A program made the translations under genes and the position numbers. This document shows positions 48,526 to 61,165 of a stretch of 64,000 nucleotides of DNA, in pieces. A model generated the notes under the pieces. It was not told the origin of the DNA, did not search any database, and was given only the letters and a program-made list of their open reading frames with translations. Source of the DNA: Camelus ferus (lineage: Eukaryota); assembly GCF_009834535.1 (NCBI RefSeq), contig NC_045696.1, forward strand, positions 84,260,001-84,324,000. The letters are read 5' to 3'. Position 1 is the stretch's first letter; every line of letters begins with the position of its first letter.

Positions 48526-49662
48526 GTAAGTGCGTAATGACCACTCATATTACTTAACAAACAGGAAATTCATAATATGCAGTTACAAGTACATATTATT
48601 TTCAACAAGATTTCTTTCATAATACCACATAATTTAATAGTTTAAATTTACAAGTGTTTGAATTTAAACATGCCGAAAGGAATAAAGCAGACTATAATTT
48701 TAATGTAGACAGTAAATTTGTGAGCTGAATTGATATTGTGTCATAATATGGGAGATGAGAAGACATTTCACTCTTTTAACTTGTAGAAATGTGGTTTAGC
48801 ATTTGTTTCATTTAGTTCTGTATGTTGTCAGGCATTTTAACAAAGATTAGTCTCATTATATGGTATCTTTTTAATATAATTTGTATACATTGAGTTTGTT
48901 GAGTGTCATTTCACATTATTTTCTATTTAAAGGAAAAACAGTATTAAGATGTAAGGGATTTAGTACAGTAATAACTTGAATATAAACCTCCAGCAGACAC
49001 CAAGTAGAATCAGCTGGAGCTAGAGCCAGTCAGGGCTAGAGCTTCAGGCTGAAGAGTTAAGTTGTGTCAAACTCAGTCCATTTCTGACTTTCTGGTCCTC
49101 TAGTAGCTGGATGCTCCACCTCCACATTGTGCTTCCTGTGGTTATCACAGAGAAAGACTAGAATGGAGGAAGTACCTTTTTATGTACTACTTTCTTCTTT
49201 TGATTAATAGCTTCTGCTCTGTGTGTATGTGTATATGTGTGTGTGTATGCTTAGCAACATTTTTGTTTCTCCTCTGTATAAATTTAAGATTGAACAAATA
49301 AACACATACACAATGCATATATATATGTATGTGTATATATTTATGTGTGCTCTTCATTAAATTGTGGATGCAAGGAGTAAGTTTATGGCATGCCGGCCAA
49401 AGAATTAAAAACACCTTAGTCACTAATCTACTTGGCACTTATTCGTTGCATGATAAAACATAAGCTGCAAGTTTTGGTTCTGGGTGTGATAGTAGTGATA
49501 AAGTGAACTGACACCACCAGATGTCGAATGTTCTGTGGCACATAGTCAGAGAGCTCATGACATTCCTTGTAAGAAGAAAATATCTAGTACACACATGTTA
49601 ACTGGTTAGTGTATAATAAATGTATTGAACATACTAATATTATACAACATGCATTTAATAAG

Positions 49663-49742
49663 ACTTATGAAGAGGAATTTGAAGACTCAGGAAACTCCGT
49701 GCCTTATAAAGTTGAGTTAGCAGATGCAGACAGTCAACAAAG
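49663..49742 (+). CDS. ZBBX: ZBBX internal coding exon (80 nt, phase 0-2): TYEEEFEDSGNSVPYKVELADADSQQ(S)
   Basis: Acceptor aataag|, donor AAG|gtaaga; matches recalled human TYEEEFE...VPYKVKLADADSQ. Confidence 0.93.
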
Positions 49743-51366
49743 GTAAGATCTTTCGATGCTTATTAAAAACTCACAAAAAATCAACTATCTCATGAGAAAT
49801 TCATGACATAAAAAACAAGTGACTTTAATGTTAGACTATATTTTACTTAAGATGTGTTTAAATTTGGGTACAATATTGCTAATATGGATCAATAATCAAT
49901 AATTACAAAATTACCTATAATGGTATGTTTATGCTCTACCTAGTATCTGGATTATTTAATAGATGCTTCTGAATTTAGGAATTGTTATTATTTGAAATGG
50001 CTGACCAAGGCTGATATATTTCATATGAACTTTCTCATTTTCTCCAAAGATAATTTTTGAATTTTCCTTACTTCAGTTTGTTATGAGCCCTAAATAAAAA
50101 TAGGTATATTAACGGTTAGGTTGAGAGACAAAAAGAGCTCCCAAACTATAGATTACTTCCCAGGTAGATTTTACTGTGTGATAAATCAAATAAATGAATT
50201 ATAATGGTTCACTTTGTAACTTTTTTTTTTTTTAGAATTTTGTTATTTCCAAATGAATAATAATATATAGCTGTATCCGTTAGTAATGTTAAAAATTACT
50301 CCAAGCCCTCTTTGCTGTTGAAGCTTTAGCTGGGATTTCAGGTGTCGTGACTGCCAAGTATTAAGCTGGGTAAAGAGCAGAATGAAGTCCTCTTAAGTAG
50401 CCCCTACACCGATTCTTTGTTTATATGTTCAGATCAACTTAGGCCCCTGTCAACATTTTGGAACAGCAGTGGGCATAAGTGATGCCCTCGGACCTGAAAA
50501 GCCCCACGTTTGGACACATAGACCCAAATGTGCTTTTGGCAGGAGACAACCTTCTGGTCAGTAGATAAGAAGTTTATATGCCCTACTGTTTCCCTAAGGA
50601 AATGGATGGTATTTCTACTCTCTAATTTGATCCTTTTATATACCCTATCACAAGTCATTGCTGTGACCTCCATGTTCAACAAGGCAGAGAAAGTTTCTGA
50701 TTATGGTTTGGCAGTAGTTTTGCATCTTGGATTGGAGGTGTCCATAGAGCTGCTTCTTTTTTAAGAAGAGTCATAAAAGATCATAAATGACACCAGAGGA
50801 CCTTTCTGGTTAAGCTTAATCCATGAGTCTTTATGGTGGTACTGTGTACAGCTTACCTAAATATCAAGTATTATTAAATATATTATTCAGGTCCCAGAAA
50901 ATGTTATTCAGTTGTAACTATGCTTTCATATAGTGATCTTCATTAAAATTGAAACATAAATACCACATATGGCTTTTGAACTTATCTAGTTCTTGATGAA
51001 CAAATAAAAATTTTATTTAAGCAATAAAACCTTGATTTCATCAGCTTGATAAGATTGGAAGGTAACTCTCCACTTTTAGAAGAAAGAACATAAGAAACCA
51101 AACTTATTTCAAAATATTTAAAAAAAGAAAGATCAGATTGAAAATTTGCGGTTTGTCCCTGGTGCCTATTTCTTTTAAATTCATAATACTATTTAGTTAC
51201 TTGTAGTTTAGAGTATGTCCACGGTACATTAAAACAACATTAAACATTAGAACAAATGAATAACCTATTTTCTTAAGGTTTTGCTATATTTATTTTAATA
51301 AGCTGGATTTTTAAAATATATAATTTCTTTCAATTCTATTCTTTTGCTTGTACCTAAACATGATAG

Positions 51367-51506
51367 TTGCACATTTCATGATTATCAGAATACTTTCCTG
51401 TATGAAAATGACATCCATCAACATCATGTTTTCACCAAGGGAAAAAGAGACCTCTTATATCTTCATCTGAGCAACAACTCTTCTTATTGTAAAGATAATT
51501 CAAAAG
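51367..51506 (+). CDS. ZBBX: ZBBX internal coding exon (140 nt, phase 2-1): CTFHDYQNTFLYENDIHQHHVFTKGKRDLLYLHLSNNSSYCKDNSK
   Basis: Acceptor atgatag|, donor AAG|gtaatc; IHQHHVF.KGKRD as in human; frame consistent. Confidence 0.92.
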
Positions 51507-51974
51507 GTAATCTTTTTTTGTTGCTTAATATTATTGACAATGAATGTTAGTAACTTAATAAAACCAATAGGTATTACAGTATATAAAATCTCTACCTATT
51601 TTGGGTTCATTTTAATCCCAGAAAATTTAGTACTCAGAAGAAAATTGGTTGAAAGTACATAATTTTCTATCAAATGCTATTTTTAATCAATGGGTAAGAG
51701 TATTTGTATTCAGAGGCAAAAGCAGATAATATAAGATTCTAAAAGTTAGGGACTGAGCCAGCTTTTAAAAGATTACTGGGCTTTTAGTGATAAGATTCTG
51801 ATTGGCACCCTTTTGCCCTTCCTTGCATTAAATCTTTTCCTAAAATATTTAAATTTGATGTAAAGTTTCACATGAGTGATAAAACCAAACCAAAAACAAA
51901 TCATCTACCTTGCTATCACTGGCAGTTCCCTTGGGATCTGTAGATTAGAATATTGTGTGCTAATGTCTGGTTTC

Positions 51975-52130
51975 AGTTTCCAGATGGTGAGATCATCGTT
52001 TAAAGACAGTCATAGCAAGTTTCCTGGCCTCGGAGTCAGATTTTGTTTCCATTTTTGCCTTAATCACTGTGTGACCTTGAACATGTCACTTCCTTCCTTA
52101 GACCTCATTTCCCTAAACTGAAATAGAGCA
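51975..52130 (+). mobile_element. MIR SINE
   Basis: 'ttaatcactgtgtgaccttgaacatgtcacttccttccttagacctcatttccct'. Confidence 0.7.
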
Positions 52131-52509
52131 ACTAGATTATTTTCACTGCTTTTAAAATATATTTTATCTACTTAGGATTTTCAGAAAAGCCAATAAATAT
52201 ATCTTATGTGAAGAATTTGAGGGATACTAGAGATCCTTATTTAAAGTCACTAGCTGTAAAACTGATGATTACCTTTTGAATGGGTAGCAGTTGGTAGAGA
52301 ACAGTGATCTGTGCTAATCCTGCTGGTTTGAACATCTTCACCTACTAAGCCTCTAAATCATACAAGCATGAACTATACCCACATGGGAATTTAGGATTTT
52401 TAGGGTTCCAGATCTAGTCCAGAAGATATTTTTTGACATACCTGGAGCATGATGTTCAGTTGCCTTTGGGAAAATACTGAACACAAATGCCCATTAAGTG
52501 TTACTTTGA

Positions 52510-54915
52510 AGATAATTTATTTAAATAGATCTTGTTTTTTAGAGCAGTTTCAAAATTGAGCAGGAAGTACCAGAGTTCCCATATGCCCTCAGCCTCTACA
52601 AACTAACAGTTTCTCCCACTGTTAGCATCCCAAATCAGAACATTACATTTGTTGCAATCAGTGAATATATCTTGACACATCATTGTCACTCAGAGTCCAT
52701 AGTTTACATTAGGTTTCATTCTTGGTGATGTACATTCTATAGGTTTGGACAAATGTGTAATGACTTTTATCTACCATTATAGTATAATACAATAGTGTTA
52801 CTGCCCTAAAAATCCTTTGTGCTCTGCCTTTTCACACAACCCTCCCTCCTAACCCCCAGAAACCACTGACCTTTTTACTGTCTCCAGTTTTGCCTTTTCC
52901 AGAAGGTAATATAGCTGAAATCATACAATGTGTAGTATTTTCTGATTTGCTTATTTTACTCAGTAATATCCACTTAAAGGTACCTCCTTATATTTTAATG
53001 GCTTGATAACTCACTTCCTTTTGGTGCTGAATAATGTTCCATTGTCTGGATGTATCACAATTTATTTATACATTTACTTATTGAAGGACATCTTGGTTGC
53101 TTTCAAGTATTGGCAATCATGAATAAAGCTGCTATAAAAATCCATGTGTGAGATTTTGTTTGGTCATACGTTTTTAAATGATTTGGGTAAATATCAAGGA
53201 GCACAATTGTTGGATCATGTGGTAAGAGTACGTTTAATTTTGTAAGAAACCAGCAAACTTTCTTCCAAATTGACTCTGCCATTTTTCATTCCCACCAGCA
53301 ATGAATGAGTGTTCCTGTTCTTCAGATCTTTGCCAGCATTTGGTATTGTCAGTGTTTTGGATTTTTGCCATTATAATAATTGTATAGCGGTATCCCATTG
53401 TTTTAATTTGAAATTCTCTAATGAAATATGATGCTGAGTTCCTTTTCATATCCTTATTTTCCATATATATATTTTCTTTTATGAGGTGTCTGTTAAAGTC
53501 TTTGGCCCATTTTTTAATTGAGTTGTCCATTTTCTTACTGTTGAAATTTTAGAATTCTTTTATATATTTTGGATAACAGTACTTTATGTATGTATTTTGC
53601 AAATATTTTCTCCAAGTATGTGGCTCATCTTCTCATTCTCTTAGCAGTATCTTTCACAGAACAGAATATTTTAATTTTAATGAAGTCCAGCTTATCAGTT
53701 ATTTCTTTCATGGATCCTGCCTTTTGTGTTGTGTCTTAAAATGTCATTACCATAATCAAGATCATTTGGAGTTTCTCCTATGTTCTAGGAGTTTCATAGT
53801 TTTGCATTTTACATGTAAGTTTTTCATTCGTTTTGAGTTAATTTTTGCAAGGAGTGTAAGGTCTGTGTCCAGATTTATTTTGGGATGTGTGAATTCCACT
53901 TGTTCGAACACCATTTGTTGAAGACTGTCTTTTCTCCATTGTACCAACTTTACTCTTTTGTCAAAAATCAGTTGAATATATTTATGTGGGTCTATTATGG
54001 ATTCTTCATTCTGTTCCACTGATCTATTTTTATACTTTTGCTAATACCACATTGTCTTGATTACAATAGGTGTATGGTGATTCTCAAAGTTGTATAGTGT
54101 CGGTTCTCTGACTTTGTCCTTTTCCTTCAATATTGTGTTGCTTCTCTATATAAACTTTAAAGTCAGTTTGTCAATATGTACAAAATAATTTGCTGGGATT
54201 TTGCCTGGGATTGCATTGAATCAGTAGACCAAATTGGGAAGAACTGACATCTTGACAATATTGAGTCTTCTTATCTGTGAATGTGAACTATCTCTTAGTT
54301 CTTTGATTTCTTTTATCAGAGATTTTATAGTTTTCCTCATATAGATCTTATAAATATTTTGTTAGATTTATACCTAAGTAGTTCATTTTTTGTGGTTAAT
54401 GTAAATGATATTGTTATTAATTTTAAATTCCACTTACTCTTGTTGGTGTATAGGAAAGCAGTTGACTTTTGTATGTTGAGATTGTATCCTGCAACCTTTC
54501 AATAACCACTTATCAATTCCATCATGTAATTTGTAATTTGTAAAATCTGCTTTATTTCTTCTTTGCCAATCTGTATACCTTTTATTTCCTTTTTCTTGTC
54601 TTATTTCATCAGCTAGGACTTCCAGATGCTGAAAAAGAGTGGTAAGGGTTGACATCTTTGTCTTGTTCCTGATCTTAGAGATAAAGTTTCTTACCATTAA
54701 GTGTGAATATTAACTGTAATTTTCTGTAGGTACGCTGTCAAGTTGAGGAAGTTCCACTTTACTTCTGGTCTACTAAGAGTTTTTAAGATGAATGTGTGTT
54801 GGATTTTATTGAATGATTTTTCTGCATCTATTGATATGATCCTGTGATTCTTCTTATTTAGCCTGTTGCTGTGACAGATTAGAATAATTGACTTTTTAAT
54901 GTTGAACCAAGACAT
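52510..54915 (-). mobile_element. L1 (L1MC/MB-like) 3' UTR plus ORF2 RT/C-terminal fragments
   Basis: Minus-strand ORFs NSIKKWAKDFNRHLIKENIYM, IDPHKYIQLIFDK and LNKKNHRIISIDAEKSFNKIQH are classic L1 ORF2 segments. Confidence 0.92.
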
Positions 54916-55629
54916 CTAATTTTTTATTACTTAACAGGGCTTCCAATGAATAGACTAAATTAAATTATATCTGTACTCTCTGCATCACATTTTAAACCTT
55001 ACTAAAAGGCTGTGTTGTCACCTTTTCAGCAGCAATAAATTCTAATAATGGAAATTTACCATCTTGCAAAAATATTGTAAAGGTTAGTTGTAGACACTTA
55101 CATATAGGAAATAGCATCTCTTTCTACAAAAAAGTCAGATTCAGATCATTTCTATTCAATTTAGGAGGAAAGTACAGCATTATCATAAAACTTTCATTAA
55201 ATTGAATAGCTTTTATAAAGTTTTTCTATAAAAGTATTTCTCTGATGTACAGTTTACTGCATTTCTCATAGTACTTGTACAGTTTAAGAGGTGATATTGG
55301 AAGTTCTAAGCACTGTGTGTAATGGCTGAGTTATATAAACATCTGACTGCAGCAGGTCAGTCCTCTGAGCTATGAGGCAGAGCTTCTGTCACTGGAGACT
55401 ATTTCAGTTATAGCCTCTGTGATTTTACGGTCTGTTGAGATAAGATGTATACATTGGAAAGAGAATAGAGAATAAGGCATAATCAGGTAAAGCTGTATTC
55501 AGTCTGTATAAATATGTGTGTGAGTGTACGTGTATATATGTGTGTATGTGTATATATATAATATACATGCATGAAAGCAATGTGGTGCAAAAATGTTTAA
55601 AGAGTTTTCATTCTTAAGAAAATCTAGAC

Positions 55630-55845
55630 CAATGCTTCACAACTCTATAGTTACACATTATTAATCACTTGGAGAACTTGACAGAAGGGGGAAAATAACA
55701 AAAAACACATAAAAACCAGTGCTTAGTCCCACTCTCAGTGTCTGGTTTAATTGGTTTGGGGTTGGGCCCATACACTGACAATTGTAAAGAGTACCTTCAG
55801 GTGATTCCATTGTGCAGCCAGGTTGAAAACCAATGATCTAAACCA
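55630..55845. mobile_element. MER5-like DNA transposon
   Basis: 'ctggtttaattggtttggggttgggccca...caggtgattccattgtgcagccaggttgaaaaccaatg'. Confidence 0.75.
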
Positions 55846-56415
55846 AGTGATATATTTAAAACAGACATAATGCGATGAGTGACTAATATAATCTTGCTCT
55901 TTTTGTAGTTTTCCAGAGGCAGGTGTCCCAGCTTAAACATTTTCTGTGCGCCTGACCGCTGGTGTTTTTTCATCTGGCAGATTTCCCTCTGCCCTCTCCT
56001 CATCACTAGTCATGCTGAGAAAAGAGGAAAAATGTGGAAATAAGATTCCCTATGCATTATTTCTCACAAGTTGCTGATACAAAACTTGAGTGGGAGAGGG
56101 GGTAGGAAAGTGGGAAGTGAACCACAGGCTGGAATGAAAATTTGCATCAATTTCAAGTTTGCATTACAAAACAAAATCTTGCCTTCTTCCATTAGTCTAA
56201 ATCATTTAAGTTTGAATGTATAAGTAAATTAGGATTACCATTTATGAACATAAGCAGAGAAGTATTTTAACCCTGAGAACTCAGTAAAGAAACATTGATT
56301 TAAAAATAGTGTTTATTGATAAAGGTTTATACTGCAGAACTTCTGGTTTGTGAACAGTTTAATCAATCTATTTGTTTAACTTTATTTAACTGTTGTAAAT
56401 GCGTGTTTTAAACAG

Positions 56416-56723
56416 CAGGAACTTCAGGTACAGATTCTGATGACATTGTGGATCCTGATGCTTACTCTCTTGCTGTTGAAAAATTAGAGGAAAACAGATT
56501 TATGGAGAGAAATTTCAAAGAGAAAAGCACAGATATAGAAAGTTATCAAAAGTATGATAATTCCTGTATATCACGTGAGAGCAAGGATCCTTTGCCAAGA
56601 ACAGATTTAGAAAAACCCTCCATTAAGGAGAAATTATCTCAAGAGGACAAGGAATCCTTGGAATTTAGCAACCTGCAAGAGAGGCCAAACTATGAACATT
56701 CTGAAACTACAGAGTCACCACTG
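56416..56723 (+). CDS. ZBBX: ZBBX internal coding exon (308 nt, phase 1-0): (A)GTSGTDSDDIVDPDAYSLAVEKLEE...ERPNYEHSETTESPL
   Basis: Acceptor aaacag| (CAGCAG tandem), donor CTG|gtaaat; overlaps ORF 56448-56807; aligns with recalled human AETSNTDFDNIVDPDVYSS. Confidence 0.93.
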
Positions 56724-57479
56724 GTAAATATCTATTACGTTTATTGTATTAACATTTTTATAATAAACATCGTAAGAAAATTTCATATTGACACAACATA
56801 TTCTTAAATGTTACTTCCTACTGAAGTTAAAATGTGGGACCTTATAGTTAGAGTGACTCAATGGGAAAGAATGTTAATGATTTACAGAGCAAATTCTAAT
56901 ATGGCAAATGCCATTATAACAAATGGTTTTCTATGACAAATCCTTTAAGGCCCACTTCATGCACATAGTAAGAGTGCTATTACTTTTCTAAATAAAATTC
57001 ATTATTATAAATAATTTAGTATAATAAATCCTTTCTAGCTTTGTACTCTATAGTTACTGGTTAAAATGAAACAAATGCAATTCTGTGGATAAAACCAGTT
57101 TTTGTGGTTTAGTATAAGGTTTAAAAGGTAATTCTTCAGGAATTTGGCTAGTAACGAAATGAGGGTATAGTTTTTATTTCTTCTTAGAGAAAAAAAGATA
57201 AAGTAGCTCATTATTGTATTATTGCCAAATTCAAAAACTATTTGAATCTCTGTTCTATGTAATAAAAATATTAAGTAATTGTGATTCTTAATAATAAGTT
57301 ATTTTAGAAATTGGACAAATAAAATGTTAAATTCTTTGGAAACTGGGCAAGTCAAACATTTTAACAAGACTTTAAATTCATTTGCAAAGAATCTCCACGG
57401 CGCCTAAACTGCAGGTGGGATGAAAAAAGTAGGAGAATGAACATTGAGCTGCTGCTACTTCTGCTTAGGGGATTAGATT

Positions 57480-58560
57480 TCTATACCCACTTTGTGACAG
57501 GTCTTGTTCCTTTTCAAAGTGGGAAATTGGAATTGAGACCTCTGCAAAACCTTAGGTCCCTAAAAGTCTGCTCAGTCACTGAAGGAACAAGGAGACATCC
57601 TCACAGGTGCAACAACATGAAAGGAAACTGATTTCTGCAGGGGATCTAGCCCAAGCCAACAAACACCTTCTCTGAAAAATGGAAATCACTAGCTTCCATC
57701 TAGCATCAGTTTAGAGTGATATACATTTCTTGCTTGGACTCTCCAAGCCAATAAAATTAAGACAAATGTTAATCCCTATCTACTGGTGCCCTGATGTATC
57801 TGGCAAAAGTAAATCCCAATCTTTTGTAGAAAGACATTCCCACAATTTAGCAAATAATTGATTCCCCAAAATAATGCCCCACTGCAGCTGAGCATCCCCC
57901 TTCCCCTAATGAAGAAAACAATGGATCATAGAGTGAATTTCTGAAAACAGAACAAACAAACAAACAAGAACTCTGACTTCCCAGTTTCCACAGGACATCA
58001 TGCAGAGGGCTGGGTGACACCTGAACATGCTTTGTGCTGTGTTATAGGAGAGGACACCTGAGCATGTGGACCCAGTCCTTTTATACCAGGTGTCAGCCTG
58101 CCTGACCTCTGCCATGATTGGGTTTTCTGTAACCTAGTAACAGATATTTGGCAAAAACTCATAGATAAATAATCTGTGGTAATTCATATAATGGAAAGCA
58201 ATGTAGCAATTAAAATTAATGAAATAGAACTACTTTTATTAACACGGGTACATCCCCCAAATGTGATGTTAAAATGTAATATAAAAGAATACATAGAGTA
58301 TATGTCTGACAGCAACTTTGGAAACGTTTAAGATAATTTAAAGTTTTTATGGATACACTCAGATAAAATAATTGTCAAAAACCTGCATTGGAGTAGTGTA
58401 TGTCAACTTCAATGCAATACTACAACTAGTTCTATTTATAAGGTCTAATATATATTTTCCTCATATAGATATCTGAAGCAGTTCTTTAAAATTACTGATA
58501 TTGTGTGGTAATTACATTATGCATTGCACATGTCTACATATTTAAAGTATTTCATAATTA
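57480..58560 (+). mobile_element. Very old L1 (L1ME-like) fragments
   Basis: 3' part 'gataaataatctgtggtaattcatataatggaaagcaatgtagcaattaaaattaatgaaatagaactac' is L1ME-like; assignment of the 5' part is weak. Confidence 0.45.
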
Positions 58561-59529
58561 AAATGGAAATGTTAAAAGAAACTACTAATCATTTTGATCC
58601 CTTATACTATTGTTTAAAAAAAAAGGTAAATGATTATGTCATAGAACACAGTGCTTTACACTTAGTGTGAAAATCTACTTTCTTTTCATCTCTAATTACC
58701 AGACATGAACTTCTACTGTTCTCCTGCCCTAGTAGAGGCCATTCTCTGAGCAAAAACTACTTAGAAATCTATTGTTCTCCAGTAGAAAATTCAAGAGTGG
58801 ACAGGCAGTAGAGGCACTTTTTAGCAGTGGTATTACCTGACTTCCAAATGGAGTGTAGGTTCATTTTCTACTTCAGTTTCCAGAAACTGAGTCCTTCCTA
58901 AAGCTGGAGCCCCCGATTGAACTGAGCGCTACGTTGTAGAGCAGCAGCAGTGAGGTAGGGTTAGGTGCTGGGAAGCACATGAACTAGTCAGGGGCTCTTG
59001 GATTTGGTTCTGAAACTACCAAGTTTAACTTTGTGAGTTTAGGGAAGAAACAAATAAATTCACTCTCATTGTTCTTCTCTGTCAACCTACGCTTTAAAAC
59101 ACCCTTCCATTTTTTCAATTGTCTGATCCAAATATGATCCCCACTGAAGCTGAAGGTGTCCTGTGAATTGACGGTCAGTGTCTGAGAGAGCCAGTGACGG
59201 TGTCATGAGTAGAGTGGACTTGGACTTGTCTTTGAAGGAAGTGCTTTCTTGGGCACTTGCTTGGTTTTGTAATACTTACCATTTACGTGATTTATAAATT
59301 TGAACAGAATTATAATAATTTTCTTTGAGTTGATTTCCCTCTTAAAACAGGCTTCATCTGGGCATTAATTAGATCCATTAGGGAGCAGCTAAATCCTGAG
59401 AGCCACCCTGATTATATTTGAAGCCCATTAGAGTTCTCACTACTAAATCTCCAATCTATTTCCGACTAAACTCATGTATTTTTAATCCCATTTATATTCT
59501 TCCCTAAGATGAAAACAGATCAAAATGTG

Positions 59530-59660
59530 AATTCATAGGGCGGTGGAATAAGCTGAGACTTCAAATCAGCCATATCTGTATTCAAAATTTAGATCTGCTA
59601 GTTTCTAGCTATATATAAGCTTCACTTGGCTCACTCTTAACTCAGTTTCCTACTTGTTTA
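59530..59660 (+). mobile_element. MIR SINE fragment
   Basis: 'gtattcaaaatttagatctgctagtttctagcta...ctcagtttcctacttg'. Confidence 0.55.
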
Positions 59661-60134
59661 TTTTCTTTACAAAGAGTAGTTTGTTAACATGAGTTTTCTC
59701 TATGACCACAATCAGATCAGATTTGTTTCCATCGTATTGATTTTCCATCTCTGAATTGATTTCATGGATAGACAAAAACACTAGTTCAGAAACACAGCAT
59801 ATGAGAGACACTCCATTTTCCAGAGTAATTTATGTGCAAAGACATTGAGGGAAGAAAATAAGAAAGGAGAAAGAAAACTCATTTGCTTCCAGAATTTGTC
59901 CTCCTTAGATTTGATGGCAAATTTCAGATAACTACTATAATTGTGGTTTACATATTTTTTGGAACTTACTCTATATAAATGTTGTGTTATTGTTTATGTC
60001 TCCACAACTGGAGTCTAAACTTGATGTAGGCTGAATCCATGCCAAGAACATAGTAGGTGCTCAGTGAATGAATGTGCCGCTTTGTGTTGATGAGATAAAA
60101 TAAATTTAATTTTGTTGAATATTTTGTTTTCTAG

Positions 60135-60288
60135 TTGTTACAAGAAATAGCCCTCAGAAATAAGCCTATAACTGAACAATATCAAGGACTTGAAAAATTC
60201 TTTGTTTTTGATAAAAATGAAAGACTCAATTTACCTCCTTCTCAAAGCTTAGAATGCAGCTACTCCAGTACTAGGATTTCTATTGCAG
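60135..60288 (+). CDS. ZBBX: ZBBX internal coding exon (154 nt, phase 0-1): [51 protein letters not shown]
   Basis: Acceptor ttttgttttctag|, donor CAG|gtaaat; matches recalled human [26 protein letters not shown]. Confidence 0.96.
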
Positions 60289-61048
60289 GTAAATTCAGAC
60301 ATGAAATCGGATGGCCTGTAGACCAAGCTAACAATTTTCTGACACCTTTTTTTAAACAGTCTGTCAATATCTTAGGAAATACTGGGCAATTCCGTTCAAC
60401 AAATAGAATCTTTCTCTTCTTTTCTAGTCAAATTTATTAACCCTGTGTGAGTTGCCATATGTTTATATTTAAGGCTACTATCAGAAAACATAGCTATAAT
60501 GAGACTGAGAGAGATTATTCCTAGATTTTAGAAGTGTGGTCCTTAATAAATTAATAAAAATTTAAGCTTAAAATCACTTAATCAACATATTTATATGCTA
60601 ATCCTTAAAAGCCATCTTGAAAGAGAATCTTAAATCTTAGGAACTGTGAGATTTCTGAGACTAGCCATAATTTCCTTTTAAAGCCAGGTCTTGGCAGCCC
60701 CTATATTCTTAGATTTCCTATGTATTCAAATGTATTTATCCACATTCAAACCATTATATTTTGTTATATTGCTATATACTTTTAAAAATGTTTGTTTCTA
60801 TTGAAGCTTCTGTGTGTGTGCAGTATCTTTGCAATTTAGAATTTTTTCCCTTTTTTTAAATTATGAGATTTTGCATAATTACGAGATTTTTGTATGAGAT
60901 TCTCACTTTCCTAATATATACCTCACTGTTATAAATGTTTTTTATTTAACTAAATATTATCCAGTAAGACAATATATATAATAAAGCAACAACATGGATT
61001 TCTTCTCTTTTTAAACTTTATATTATTTTGCTATTTTTTCCATTTCAG

Positions 61049-61165
61049 GAGACAGAGAATGGATCCCAGACTATAGCATAAGTGCATATGCTGACAATGA
61101 AGTTGCCTTGGGTGTTCCGAGGAGTGCCTGGAACCTGGCGCCAAGTGGAGCACAGCAGAGGATGG
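61049..61165 (+). CDS. ZBBX: ZBBX internal coding exon (117 nt, phase 1-1, symmetric): (G)DREWIPDYSISAYADNEVALGVPRSAWNLAPSGAQQRM
   Basis: Acceptor ttttttccatttcag|, donor G|gtaaga; matches recalled human DREWIPDHSLSEYADN. Confidence 0.93.

Noticed and set aside
49743..51366. U12-type intron suggested by the atypical acceptor
   Set aside because: Donor is GTAAGA, not GTATCCTT, and there is no TCCTTAAC branch site.
6390..61165. ZBBX as a pseudogene
   Set aside because: All 11 exons have canonical splice sites and compatible phases, with no premature stop in 1561 nt.
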